DNA of 41,613 nucleotides from Trypethelium eluteriae (Eukaryota): NCBI GenBank assembly GCA_051942245.1, contig JAVECL010000158.1, positions 1 to 41,613 of the forward strand, read 5' to 3'. Shown piece by piece: positions 10,337 to 23,307 of this stretch (position 1 is its first letter; each line of letters starts with the position of its first letter). The notes under the pieces were generated by a model. It saw only the letters and a program-made list of their open reading frames with translations, ran no database searches and was not told where the DNA came from. The position numbers and the translations under genes were made by a program.

Positions 10337-12445
10337 ATGTCCGCGTCAATGGTAAGAAGAGGAGCTGCTAGTGGCTATGCCAATAGGCGGATCTCTCGCG
10401 CCTGTGATTCGTGCTACGCGAGAAAGGTACCGAACTGGAACCTTTGAAGACTTACCCTATCTACTGACCATCGTTGTCTTCTGCTGCGGGTATAGATCAA
10501 ATGCGATGCCGTGGAGTCACAATGTGACTACTGCAGACACCATGGGCTTTTGTGCACGTACATCCGAACCCGCGTCGGTAATGGACTCCCTAGGCGCCAA
10601 AGGGACAATTTGAGGTAGAGCGTTTGATAAAGAAAATGGCCCTTAAATGCCTATCAATCAAAGGGTTTCTCCACTGAATTGTGACTGATCGAACCTTAGA
10701 GAAAGCTATAATCGTTCCAGATGATAGCGGTATATCAACCGGCAATCGTACTCGCGTATACTGACAGGGATCAGGTTCGAATAACGGCAGATTAGTGCAT
10801 TCGCAAGTCAGAAGAGATTCTGCAAAACTCCTGTCCGGCGTCAATCTTAGAAGAGTTACCACGTTCGACAGCACTCCTCTAATCTTCGAAACCGGGAGCG
10901 ATTTCACTACGTTTTGCGCTGGAGAATTCGTCTCATCACTGAATTTCTCTTTGAACAAGCTGCCGTGGCAGGCTCGCTATATTCAGAATGATACGCCATT
11001 GACCTCGCCACCGAATATCCAACTACCGGACATGTCCGTCACAGAAGACTGTGTTTCGGATTTTTGCGCCTCTTTCATCCGCTTAGTGTTTCCTGTCATA
11101 GATGTTAGGCTTTTCAAGAACACAATAGAGCTGGCTTATTCGCAGTCCACCGCCACGGCACGTACTGAAAATGCCATTGCCAGACATTGTGTATACTCAT
11201 TACTCTGTATGGTGTCCCTATTTGAGGTAAACAACAAGTTATCGCCAGAAACAAATATCCGCTCTTGCATGGATAAGACGCAATCCTACATTCCCCATTT
11301 CATCCGAGAAGCGACAATAGATGCGCTTCAGACGCTGATAATACTTGTAAGCGACCATGACTTTGTGTCGCTTTTGTGATGCCCACGTCCGTCGTCTGAC
11401 CGAGCTCGCACTAGTGCTTGTTCTACCTTTTCTCGGGAGACATTCAGTCCGCAGCAATATTGAATTCTCTGTCGAGTCGCATGCTGTTCCAATTCAAGGC
11501 CCATGTTTCCACAGCTCCGGAACGTCCAACAGGCTTGGACCGGCGCCGCCATCTTCGGGACCTGTTCTGGCTTTGTTATACGTTTGACAAAGAAATATCT
11601 CTTCGTCTTGGCCAGCCTCCAGCGATCGACGATGACCATTGTGACCTTACTCTACCTCCAGGGTATGAGGAGATGCAGAAATCTGGGGACTATCATGATC
11701 GACACTTTCCTGAAGAATACATGCCGCCCTTATTTCCTTGGGACATTCGACTATCATTCATCAAATCACGGGCATACGATATGCTATATTCTTCAAAAGG
11801 CGTGCAGAAGAAAACAAAGGCTGACCTCGTTCGGGATGTTCGAGCACTTGATGATGACCTCGAAACATGGAGGAAATCCTTGAGACCACAACTCAGACCA
11901 AGACTCGATGTTCCGCATGCGCCACCGGTCATGTCTGGACAAACCACACAGTCGATAATGCTAAATCTTGCATATTACCATTGCCTAGCTATGATTCACA
12001 GAGCTATTAGTCGTTGCTACAATGCGATGTCACCCCCAAATCCGGGAGGCCAGATGGACGGGCTCAGATTGAGTCTAGCCGTCTCTGTTACGGCTAGCAG
12101 ATCATCGCTCAACTATCTCCGATCAACTCTGCATTCGATAGCTGTGCATTGTTTCTGGTATGGGATCTCCATTCACATACGATGATCAATACTAATTGCT
12201 CTGCTTTAAGGATTGTTCTCTTCTATCCTATGCCAGCCATCCTCACTATATTCTGCAATGTTGTACTATATCCAACAGATGTAGGAGCTATGGATGATCT
12301 CCAAAGCCTGTGGCAGGTGCCCGAGTTGTTCAAGGGAATCCAAATTTGCAAATTGATCAAAGCAGAAATCCTGCAATTTGATATGGCGGAGGCATTCGTC
12401 AAAGAGCTAGTACGACTGGGTACATGCGCCATAAATCACGAATGA
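10337..12445 (+). CDS. Zn(II)2Cys6 transcription factor with fungal-specific TF domain, multi-exon
   Basis: Spliced zinc cluster RACDSCYARK|IKCDAVESQCDYCRHHGLLC; middle-homology region RRHLRDLFWLCYTFDKEISLRLGQPPAI; last exon IVLFYPMPAILTIFCN ends at TGA 12445. Confidence 0.92.
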
Positions 12446-14915
12446 ATGGTTGAAGCAATAATCTACAGCCACGATTAGACCGATATAGCCCAAAAAATCA
12501 CTCGACAGTCATGATCAGGTTCCAGCTCAGAACCGCCAAATATTTACTTTCTTAAACGACTTGAAATGAATATGAGTTGAACCGGCAATGTTATGCGAAT
12601 CGACTTATCCTACCGAATCTTCTCTGGAGCGTCTGTACCACGATGAAGCGGTTTATCCGGCCCATCGCATATACGCTCAGCATGTTTCCTATCTTTAATC
12701 GAATACGGAATTGGACCGGTGATGGCCGTTGCCAAAGCCTTTTGAGTTGGGGGTTAGAGGAAAGTAACAAAGCCGGAGATTGAAGGGAACCTCGTCGTCG
12801 TCGTTAACACATAATTTCACTGGGGAATTTTACCGCACCATACAGCATACCGGTGCAAACAACCGCTACAGTAGCGTAGAAAATTGTGGAAATCTGACGA
12901 TGAAGGCGGTTTTACTGATCAAGGGTAGCTCCACAGGATCAAGGCTGAATAGATATTCCACACTTTGCTGTACTACAGTCGCTCCTTGATAGAAAGCACT
13001 ACTACTAGCCAATGCTTGTGAATCCCTTAGAATTTATTGACTCAAATCATGTGTCGAATCGACGTAATGGATTGGCTCTCTGGGACCTTCCCTCCTCAAA
13101 CTTTGGTTTGGCATTTTTTTGTCCTACGCTTATGATCGGCTGCACCAAATAGCTCTTCGGAAAGGGCGGAATGCAAAGATTAACATGTCTGAAAGTGATT
13201 TCAGCTCTCGTATTCGTTTATCAGGCCACCAGAGTTCATGTGGAGTCGTACAGCGATGTCATTCATGCCGTCCGCATAAATGATCTGCTACTGTAGCGGC
13301 CGGACGGGGACTTCGTTGACGCATGGACGGCACGGCAGCCTGTTCTCAGTTCCAGCTCTGGTTGCCTCTAACGCAATCCGAGAAATATGCGGGGTAATTT
13401 TTCCTTTTGTGGGGAACGGAGTGCAGAAGAGAACTGTGTCTTGGGCCTTTCATTTAGTTTGTGTCCCTGACATCAAGGTGCTGTCTATTAAAGCTCACGC
13501 TTTGGTACCTGGAAGACATCATTGGACGTAGGTGCATAAAAAATTCTCGTGGCCTTGCCGCCGCTTCTACAAAGAGTTAGATGCCCGAGCCATTATGTAG
13601 CTGATCTCTGCAGCGAACTATGACCGCACCTTGTCTCCCTAGATCTTACATCTAATAGGAATGAGGTCTGTGCTGGTCAAGTGCCTAGTAAGCTGCAGTT
13701 CTCTACCAGATGAAGACCGTTGAGCTCATAAATATGATTGCGAAACCTAAGTAGGCAAACGGTACGAAGAATGTCAAAGTAGTACGCGGGTATCGGGGAC
13801 CTTAGCCGTACTCTAGCGGGAACTTCGGAACTTACGCACATGTGTTGTCGTGATTGAGTAATAATACTAATGCCATCATTGTTGCTGATGAAATCTATTC
13901 ATCAGCATCTGGAGCTCCAAGGTTTATCGTAGTGATTGCGGAATACACAAGGAGCTAGAAGAAATCTAGGCAGTCTACCCAGCAGATCAAAGGGAAGTCA
14001 GTTCGATTGCAAGGAGAACGGATCACGGAGGACGGACGGAAGAGGGCGAACATCAAAATCTACTTAGGCAGAAAACAAAACAGTGACTAAATACGTCAGT
14101 ACTGATCGGGTAATCCAACCTAGCTGTGGGTCATAATAGACCAGGCAGCACTCCCTCCAAAGCAAGAACCTGAGGAATATCATAGGTCGACGTTAAGTTT
14201 GAAGGCCAAGTCTTTGCCATTCCTAGTCCATTTCGACTCTTTATGGTCTTTGCAGGAGCTAAAATTCCAAGGTGACCTACGAATGAGAGACCAAATTTCA
14301 GATAAGATATTAGATCTCTTTCTCCCGAGCTTCCCTCTTTTGCTGAGGTATAATACCTAGAAAAGGATGCTTCGCGAGTGGGCAACTCTTGACTCCCAAG
14401 CCTGTACTGGAAAGTCTGGCCGCCTTTTAGACGGGACGGTATAGCGACAACCTGAGACACTAATAACTTGTACGTAAGATAGTAGGACTAGTCGCGGATG
14501 GACCGTTGCCATGGATAGAGGTATTCCAGCTGCCACTGGCGGTGAGCCGTCTCGCGGGCAGGACCATGCCACAATGAGACTCTTCCTTGAAGGTTTGCCT
14601 GCTGTCATCTTGTATGGTGGCCCCCAATGCGCTCATTCGTATAATCGACTCCCTATGGACATCGCCCCTATCGTCTGGCTCTTGCCTCCCGAAGCCCGGC
14701 TAATATGGAATGAGGATTTCCGCTAGATCTCGGTTACACGTTAGCACTCTCATACGGGACCAAAAACCGGGTATAGATGGGCGGCCAGCTGAAGTCCTTC
14801 AAAAGTATAAGAACCCAGAGTCACAGCGGTATCTTTCGACGCCCTACTCTGATCCTTTCCTCCTGAACACATATCGAAAGGCCATCACTTTCTGCAAGCC
14901 TACCATACCACCAAC

Positions 14916-15240
14916 ATGCGTTTCTCTCTGAGCCTTCTTGCCTTTCTAGCTGCCCTCGCGGTGGCCGCTCCCGGAGAGGAGACCATGAACCAACTCCTCG
15001 CCAGGACTTGCCCTGGCGGCGACAGTAACACTTGCTGTCCCGAGGGACAGTTCTCTGTAAGTGTTTTCTGAAAGCTTGTTTCCATAGAAAGCAGAAGGTG
15101 TAGCTGACCGTTTTTTAGTGCAGTGATGGTGAACGTTGTGTTTGCATTGCTTGCGGATCATTCTGCCCAGTTGGTGGTAATTGCTGGTACGTAATGTACC
15201 TGACTTGTGTACGCCTGGAAACTGACCTAGTGCTAGCTGA
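14916..15240 (+). CDS. Small secreted cysteine-rich peptide (10 Cys), three exons; not in the ORF track
   Basis: Exons 14916-15056, 15119-15186 and 15231(or 15237)-15240 with GTAAGT and GTACGT introns. Protein: MRFSLSLLAFLAALAVAAPGEETMNQLLAR-TCPGGDSNTCCPEGQFSCSDGERCVCIACGSFCPVGGNCC(AS)*. Confidence 0.88.
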
Positions 15241-16537
15241 GCGATATATGGTGGAGCATTCTTATCGGATGTGACTTGATTCAGTGACTTTGTTAAACCT
15301 TGAACCTATGATATTCCTCATGCAGATAGGATCTTCAAACACTCTTTAATATCAGATGATGAAATCAAGTTCTCGATGGAAATTGTTTTCAGTAACTTTC
15401 ATAGGCACTGAGTGATTGTATTAAGAAATGATGGTGAACTGAAACCGTACTTTGAAAGGAGACTCAGACCCAAAGCTATAACGGTGCACATGAGATGTCT
15501 TTTGAGATTGAAATGTCTCTTGAGCTGTAAGTGATATCTTGTACGGATTCGAAGGATGAGGAAATACATTTAATACCCAGGGTAGATTAGATAATGGTTT
15601 CAAAGTCTCGGCTTATCAACGGCAGTCGGGTAAAGAAAATTTTCCCACCTAAATTGTAGGTGAATTCTTGAACGTCGTGAGCATAGCCAATCATGTGGAC
15701 CACTCTCGAACAGAGTTTTGTGGGAGTACAATCAGAAATGTCTTGCACTGAAGGTGGTTGCTTCAACACGGTACTGTAACATATCGTAACCTTACTCATT
15801 TCAATTCTGTAAATTTTTTCCATCCATTCTCGGTCACAATTATGTTGTAAACCCAACGAATCCGACTTAGACCTTTCAATCCCGGCGGCGCCCTGTCTAT
15901 CATTGGAAATTTCGAAGAAACTTGCAATGGCTGGTAGTTACTTTCTCACATCCTGTGAAAATGAAGGTTCTCGATGATGCAGGAAGATTCCACGCCTGCA
16001 AATGCCGACCACCCGCATTCATCATTTTTTGCCTGTTCGGTGCACTGCGGCGTGTCAGCAAGTGCAAAGAGCTCAAACGACGTCTCTTTGCCATCACAGT
16101 GGGCGACATTTGACTAATAGCCCTGTCGCTACTAGCGGAGACTCGATTGTTGTCATAGCTTTCAATCTTGCAAGCGGGTCGACTGTAATTATCGTGATGG
16201 AGGTGGGCTGAAGGAAACAGGAAAGGATTGAGACGAAAGGGTCACAGAGTACTCTAAGAGCGCGAACAGCGCTAAGACTATTTAAGAATGGTATATGAAA
16301 AAGTACCTATATCGCATCCATCATGGTTGATTTGTTGCTAAAGCCTTGATCGCAACGATTGATGAATTCATTAGATTCAAGGTTCAATCTGGCGAGCGCA
16401 CGGTTCTGACATGGAGACAGTTATGCTTAAGGGGAAACTCTCTTGGAGCAAGATATACAATACTTATCTTAATCATCAACCTATTCTTTCCGTATTACAT
16501 GTATGACGGAAAGTCTATCAATTGCTTTACCGCACTT

Positions 16538-17882
16538 TCAAGCAACTACGCCGTTGGCTTGATTCTCCTTACGCACTTCTTCAGCGACGCCATTTACTTG
16601 TACCCTGCCGTCCAAAATTCCTGCAAGTACCACGGTAATTCTCTCCAAGAACTTGTTCACCTCGCTTTCCGTCCCGATTGTGATTCTCAAGCAGCCCAGG
16701 CAGCCCGGTTCCTTACCCCGAAACCTCACCACAACTTGGTGCTGCTCCGCAAGACTCTCATATACCTTAAGCGCAGTTTGATTACTGGGCCTACCCCCTT
16801 GATCCCGCGGACCGTCCAACATCTCCACAAGCAGGAAATTAGAATCCAGCCCACCAAGCAGACGACCAACCCCAGGAATCTTCATCAATTCCACAAGCAA
16901 CCTCTCTCTCTGCTCCAGGATCTTCCCGCGATTCACCCTCATACTCGCTAATCCCTCCTTTCCCAACGCCGCCGACGCAATCTGGCTCGTCGGATCACTC
17001 ACGTTATACGGCGCCTTAAAATTATTCAGCAACCGCGCAACCCCCGCGCTCGCAAACGCCGCGCCGAGCCGAATGCCCGCGAGCCCAAACGCCTTGGACA
17101 GCGTCTGCATGACGACCAGATTCGGCCACTCCAGCACCCACTCGGCGAGGCTAGCGCCCTCGGCCGCAAAGTCGACGTACGCCTCATCGAGCGCCACGAT
17201 CCCGTTCCAGGTCGGGTGACGCAGCACCGTCTCGATCGCTGACTTCTGGATCAGGCGGCCCGTAGGGTTGCCGGGGGAGCAGATGAAGATGAGCTTGATG
17301 GTTGGGTCGGCGGAGAGCTGCGCGTTGATGGCGGAGGGGCGGAGGCTGAAGTCGTGAGGGTCGAGAGGCACGGAGACGACGGAGAGGTCGTTGACGCACG
17401 CGCTCACGGTGTACATGCCGTAGGTTGGAGGGCAGATGAGGACTTTGTCGCGGCCGGGGACGCAAAAGCATCGTTGGAGGGCATCGATGGCTTCGTCGGA
17501 GCCGACGCCGACGAAGAGGTTGTCTGGAGTAAGGTTTGATGGTGTGTGGGCGTGCGTGTTTCGTAGGTTGCAGAGTAGTTGCTTAAGGTCCCGTTGGTGA
17601 CTATTGAGTCGTCAATTGAGCCCACTCACAGAAACTTCAAGATTTTTCTCACGGATCAGGATATCTATTGAGCTCATGTAGATCAACCCCCGTGACCTCT
17701 ATTGCCTTCTTTCCCTGACCGCTAATGTAGCTGGGCGGCCCGTATGCGTTCTCGTTGGCGTCGAGAAGAATATTTGTACCATCATCTTTATAGTCATCTC
17801 TAGCGCAACGATACGGTTGTAATTTTAGAATATTCGGCCTGACGCATGTCTGTAAATCGAACCCGCCTTTGTTTGACGCCAT
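16538..17882 (-). CDS. HIS5: Histidinol-phosphate aminotransferase
   Basis: LQPYRCARDDY, LLDANENAYG, NRYPDP, VGVGSDEAID, CSPGNPTG, DEAYVDF and the PLP-lysine motif TLSKAFGLAGIRLG; one intron at 17601-17652. Confidence 0.97.
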
Positions 17883-17992
17883 GGAAGGAAAGAAAAAATG
17901 TGGCGCAGATTGGTGTACAATTGTACAATTTTGGGATCGTTCGTTTGCAGCCCAAATTGCCCCACCTACGGCGAAATGAAATTTTTCGATGG

Positions 17993-17999
17993 TGACTCA
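17993..17999. promoter_or_regulatory. Gcn4/CpcA consensus site upstream of HIS5
   Basis: TGACTCA about 110 bp upstream of the HIS5 ATG, as expected for cross-pathway control of an amino-acid biosynthesis gene. Confidence 0.6.
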
Positions 18000-18378
18000 G
18001 ATCGTCGCCCTTACGACCAGAGGCCGCAATTATGAGCAATTATCTGGACTCGAAGGCAATGTCGCCAGCACCAATGTGCAGTCAGAAAGGCATGGGCAGT
18101 AAATGTCATTAAAACAAAGGGCAAAGGCCTAATGTATGACCAGATTCCGGCAACCTTGCATATCCATAGCAAAGCACAAATTCGAGACCATAGCATTTTC
18201 AAAATCGTCAAGAGGCCAGTGCCAGGCACCATTTGTTGATAATCCCGAACTAGCCATCCCAATTCAAAAACCTGGGACTGGTTACAACGCAAGACAGGAA
18301 AACGTCATTCTTGTCCAATTGCCAAGTGACTGTCACTACGTACCGAAGTCAGATCGTCTCGACACAAACCCCCAACGC

Positions 18379-20636
18379 TCAAACGCATTCAATCCCTTCC
18401 AAGCTTTTCAACGCCTTCACACCTTCCGTCTCGAATATACCCACAATCCTCTCGCAATCACGTCTTAGCTTCTCCTCCCCCTTGCTAGCATTGTACTTGA
18501 TCCATTCCTCTACGCTCATCTTCTTTTCTGGACTCGTGAGATCTGCACTGACAGTTCGCAGAGCATCCGTTAAAGTAATATTCTCCTTGTCAGGCGAACC
18601 GAGGAAGATTGTTTCCAGATCCGCTGCCTGCCAAGGGAAGGCGCTAATCAACCTTCCGTTGATGACATTCCGTTTCGAGGGCGATGCCGTAGGTGTTGCT
18701 GTCGCCAAAGGGAGTCGCACCGTCTGCGTTTGGCTCTTTGTCGGTGATAGAACCGGTGGTTGCTGATGCGCTGGCTTTAATTTAGAAGACGGAGGATGGT
18801 TCTCGGCATCCGAGGACTGGGGGGAAACAGAAGGGGTTGGCTGTCGGGGGGGCGGCGAACTCGGCTGTTGAGAAAGTATTTGAGGGACTTGGGGTTGTTC
18901 GGACTGGCCATCCTCAACCTCGGTTGAAACTGCATGCTGGATGGCATTATCAGGAATTTGGGTAGGCTCCTCGGGTTGCTGTTGTATGTCTGCTACCGAT
19001 GATTCAGGCACGTTCTTTTCGACCTTTTTTCCTTTCCGGCCTTTTGCATTGGCTTTTGGTTTCGTGTCTGCCGTCAGAGATACTTCTGAGCCATTATCAA
19101 GTCCAGTGGTATTTTCTTCTTCAGTCCCTTTCTTCGCTCTTCTAGTCCGCTTTGGCTGAGCAGGACTCGTTTCTGCAGGTTGCTGCTGCATGCTGATATT
19201 TTGTGATTCTTCCACCTTCTCCACTCCTTCACTGGTCCTTTTCTTCCCGCGAGGGGTGCTCTCATTCTTTCGCGCTAACAACGAAGCCTCTAATGCAGCT
19301 TGCAATTCGGAATGAAGTTGACTTTCATCTTCACTCAGTCTTTGCTGGTTCTTAGTCGCCTTCGATCCCTGAGGTCGTCCTTTCTTCGGACGAGGCTCGA
19401 TTTCTGACACATCCTCAGTGGTAGATTCGTTCAAAGCTTCAGCATTGCCTTTTCGGGTCCTTCTTGCTTGAGGTGGCTCTTCTTCTGGGGGAGGCGATGA
19501 TGCTAAAAGACCCTGCACACTTGGTCTCAAGCAACCAGGTATTATATCGTCGATACTTTTAGGCGCTTGAGTGGGAGGGATGTCAGCCTGGTTCGTCTTC
19601 TTCGTCTTCTTGCTCGCCGCAGCGGCTTTTTTGCCCTTCTTACGGCCCTTGCCACTCATTGATGTAACAGTAGCAGCAGTCGCTGAGGTTATAACGCTTT
19701 CGTCTTCGGCAGGAGGCTCACCAAGCGACATGAAAGATGGAGCTTCTGAAAAGCTCGTCAGATTTGACTGTGTTGAGAGCCGTGATGTTTTGGAAGACCT
19801 TGAAGCACGGGTTTGTTTTCCTCGGGATGCTTTGTCTATGGTAGATTTGATCTCAGCCGGCCGGTTAAAGAAATAACAACCTGGTGAGCGACGCCGGTGC
19901 TCTTCCCTATTCCATCTTAGTCGCGATTTCCACACTTATGGTTGGCGAACTTACAATGGTTCATCTTTGGGCTCCCATCCATCGAGCGCCAGTCCGCAAT
20001 AGAAGCACGTCACAGCATCATCGGCATCAGGGGTCGGATCATAACACCAACCAGCATCGACCATCTAAAAAGCAGTATGAGGATCTATGCAAAATCTCAG
20101 GACACCATGTTTTCAATACCTTCTTGGTCTTGCATCTCCAGCCCTTCTTGTTTTCGTGAGGCCATTGCCCTCTAAATGTCATGATCCTTGCATCTACCAT
20201 CTTCTCGCTTGATGGATCCTCCTCTCGGCCGTTTGGATCATCAAGACGAAGGTTGATGCTTGCACATATTGCCCAGCCACACTCTCCAGAGTGTTTGATA
20301 TGCTCATCTGTAGGGTCATCCGAGGTTTGCCATCCATCAAGTGATGATTCGCATAGAAAGCAAGTAACGTTATCGGGACAGCTAGAGGTCGGCTTGAAAA
20401 AAAATCCAGCCCGTGCAAGCTACGCCATGGATTCAGCATGAGAACTACTTGATTGGAAGACAAGCGATCTGACTTACAGCTTCTGGCGCTGGGGATTTGT
20501 GCGGCCATGTCACTGTAGATGTGGTGGTAGCCTTTTTTTTGGCGGAGGATGATACGCGTCGCTTCTTGAGGTGATGCGCTTGTTCAAAAGTTGCTAAACG
20601 TCCAGCCAAAGTATGCACATCGTCTGGCAAAGACAT
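18379..20636 (-). CDS. BIR1: Bir1 / survivin-like chromosomal passenger protein with two BIR domains
   Basis: BIR1: RLATF..WPH..LARAGFF..DNVTCFLC..LDGW..DDP..EH..C. BIR2: WPH..MVDAGW..DAVTCFYC..LDGWEPKDEP..EHRRRSPGC. Long disordered linker and C-terminal MSVEEWI...ALKSLEGIEC; three introns. Confidence 0.94.
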
Positions 20637-20723
20637 GGTCAGGGAAATATGCCAGACCTGCGGTCAATTGTGGGTGGAGTGTGGATGTAGGAATGTTTGT
20701 GAGGGAGCGTCTTCCGCAGAGTG

Positions 20724-20735
20724 CGCGTTGTTTAC
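20724..20735. promoter_or_regulatory. Possible MCB-like (CGCG) plus forkhead (TGTTTAC) cell-cycle element in the BIR1/TAM41 divergent promoter
   Basis: CGCGTTGTTTAC about 90 bp upstream of the BIR1 ATG; motif match only. Confidence 0.35.
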
Positions 20736-20967
20736 GTGTGCCCGCAACACCCGCACAAGCTCCGGGGCTCCGCTGTAAAATGCGATCATAGTAGCTTAGT
20801 CATTCGGACTCGGAGCCCACCAGCCTGTCCAATTTTACACTCACTTGTACTACACTGTTCTTCCGCGCTTCTTGCTTGACAAGAGTCTCCCAGGATGGCT
20901 TGCAATCCATGGTTCACACAAGTTTGAGGTCAGTAATGTATGCATTACGCCGCTTCGAGCTTCCGCT

Positions 20968-22579
20968 ATGGCTCTCAACAGGCTTGCTGTAGGTTGCGCT
21001 GACCCCTCATCACCTTTCTTCCAATTGCCAACCACAATTGCAGTCTATTAAAGGCTTTAAGCCACTAGTTGCTGGCCACAGCTTCGTCCTTGGGCAGTAT
21101 GTCTGGTACAGACGACCGGACTGCTTTCGAAACCGATCCTTGGCTTCCAAAGCTTCCGAACCCCCCCAGAAGCTAGAGAACCCACCGCGTGACCTCCAAA
21201 AAGAAGCCAACGCAAGTTCACCCTCCTCACGCGAATCTAGTGCAAACTCGAGACCCTCAGGCAATACGCCAACCTCGTCGACTCCAGCGGTTTCGTCACC
21301 TTCGAGCTCTACAAACCAGTCGATGCCCCCAGGATGGGAGGACAATCCGGACTACAACATATCTGCCTTCTCTCAACTTCCACATCAACACTTTGGCTTC
21401 AACCAATTCATAGTCATCAATGAAGAGTTCAAGGAAGCTCTACGACAGATATTATGGCATTTCAGGGCACCAATACGATACGCTTTTGCATACGGGTCTG
21501 GAGTGTTCTCACAGGACGACGGGCAAGAGCCAGCAGCATGGTCACCTCATCCCCATCCACCAGAAGCTGTCAAGACATGGCAGAAAGGAGGCGGTAAGAT
21601 GATAGATTTTATCTTTGGAGTCAGCTTCACACAGCACTGGCATTCCTTGAACCTTACACAGCACCGTGACCACTATTCGTTCCTTGGATCCTTGGGATCG
21701 GCCTTCGTTTCCCGCATCCAAGACAGATGGGGTGCTGGTGTCTACTTCAACCCGTATATCACCGTCAATGGTACCCTCATCAAGTACGGAGTGGTCAATC
21801 TCGATACCATCTCTCGCGACCTGAGTGAATGGGATACGCTTTATCTTGCTGGGCGTCTTCAGAAACCAGTAAAGATACTCCGAGACGACCCGGGAGTGCG
21901 ATTGGCTAATCAAGTGAATCTCATCTCAGCAGTTCGAGCGGCGCTACTAATGTTAGGGCCTTCTTTCACGGAGCGAGAATTGTATACGGCCATTGCGGGG
22001 ATCAGCTACCTTGGAGATCCGCGAATGGAACTGCCAGCCGAGAACCCACGAAAAGTCGCAAATATTGTGTCTGCCCAATCCACAAATTTCCGACAGCTCT
22101 ACACGCCTCTGATCGATAACCTACCCAATGTCACATTCACTGATCCACGCTGCAGCAATCCGGACTGGCTCAATGATCCCAATCCCGACACAAGAATGGA
22201 GCAAGACATGGACCCAATTAAAAGAGGCAATATAGTTCGCCGGCTTCCTAAAGCACTACGAAAAAAACTGTACTTCCAATACCAAAAGAAGTTTGCGATC
22301 CCTGGTTCAGCATTCGACCAGGTTATGAATGAGAGCAAAGACGAAGATGACCAATGTTTCAAGCGGAGACAAGGCGGAGACTTCGAGCAGCGCATTGCCG
22401 AGCAGTCAGATCTGCCGAAGATGATGGGCGACGTTATTCGCAATACCATCCGTTGGCCAAGCGCGAGTCAGAGTCTGAAGAGTTTCTTTACTGCTGGCCC
22501 CGTCCGCTCCTGGAGATATATGAGCGAGAAGGTAGCCAAATCGCGGCAACGTAGGGCGGACAGTCCAGAAAAGGAATAG
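20968..22579 (+). CDS. TAM41: Mitochondrial phosphatidate cytidylyltransferase Tam41
   Basis: APIRYAFAYGSGVFSQ, MIDFIFGV, GAGVYFNPY, IKYGVV, LYLAGRLQKPV and ISYLGDPRM. Short first exon MALNRLA (20968-20988) with intron 20989-21043 joins in frame. Confidence 0.96.
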
Positions 22580-23307
22580 GTGACGAAAAAGTCGAGTCAG
22601 GATAAGCAAGCAGGATTACGACGCTCTCGCTTCGATCCTTTTCTCCTGTAAATTAGCCTATGGTAATATATCTCTTTTGTTTTCCGAAGCATTGGACTGG
22701 CGCGGGAGCTTTATAGAGGTCGTCCAACAAAAATATCGAGCGCTCGATTGGTGCGCATGTACCTATCTACTAGCATGGATAGTGCTTTTCGGTCCTTTGT
22801 GATTTGATGATGATGAGAGCTCTACTTGAAATAAATGAGGCACAAGAAGGAAACGATGGTATCTATGTCTGCGCTTCTGACCGTCAAGAAATGGGAGATT
22901 TGGGAATGATCACGGAAGAGATACTGAACTTCCATGTGGATACCCTTCGCATCCTTGGTGTCGCTGCACTAATAATTCAATTATCCCGGTGCGGTATCGC
23001 ACGATGAACGTTTTGCAGATTTGAGTGGACTTCAAATGATTATCCTTGCTCATGCATCTGAGGCAAGTAGGTAGGTGTCTTCGAACTGTGGCACATTATC
23101 CGTCCATATGGAAGCAATAAGCGAGAATTCCTTCCAATTGTAGACAACACCCATGTATAGCTGAAGACCAGCAGCAGCAGCTCTATCTTAAGATGACACT
23201 CTGAACCAAAGTGCCGATGACTTATTGAGGAAATCTACGTTCATTGCAATACTGATGCATAGTCGCCACACAATTTCAGTTCGTCAATGATATCTTAAAG
23301 TACCCAT

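Noticed and set aside
13883..13907. 10-bp stem hairpin TGCTGATGAA-atcta-TTCATCAGCA
   Set aside because: Isolated and short, with no supporting context.
15420..16210. Short minus-strand ORFs that could be a decayed gene
   Set aside because: No consistent exon model or recognisable motif.
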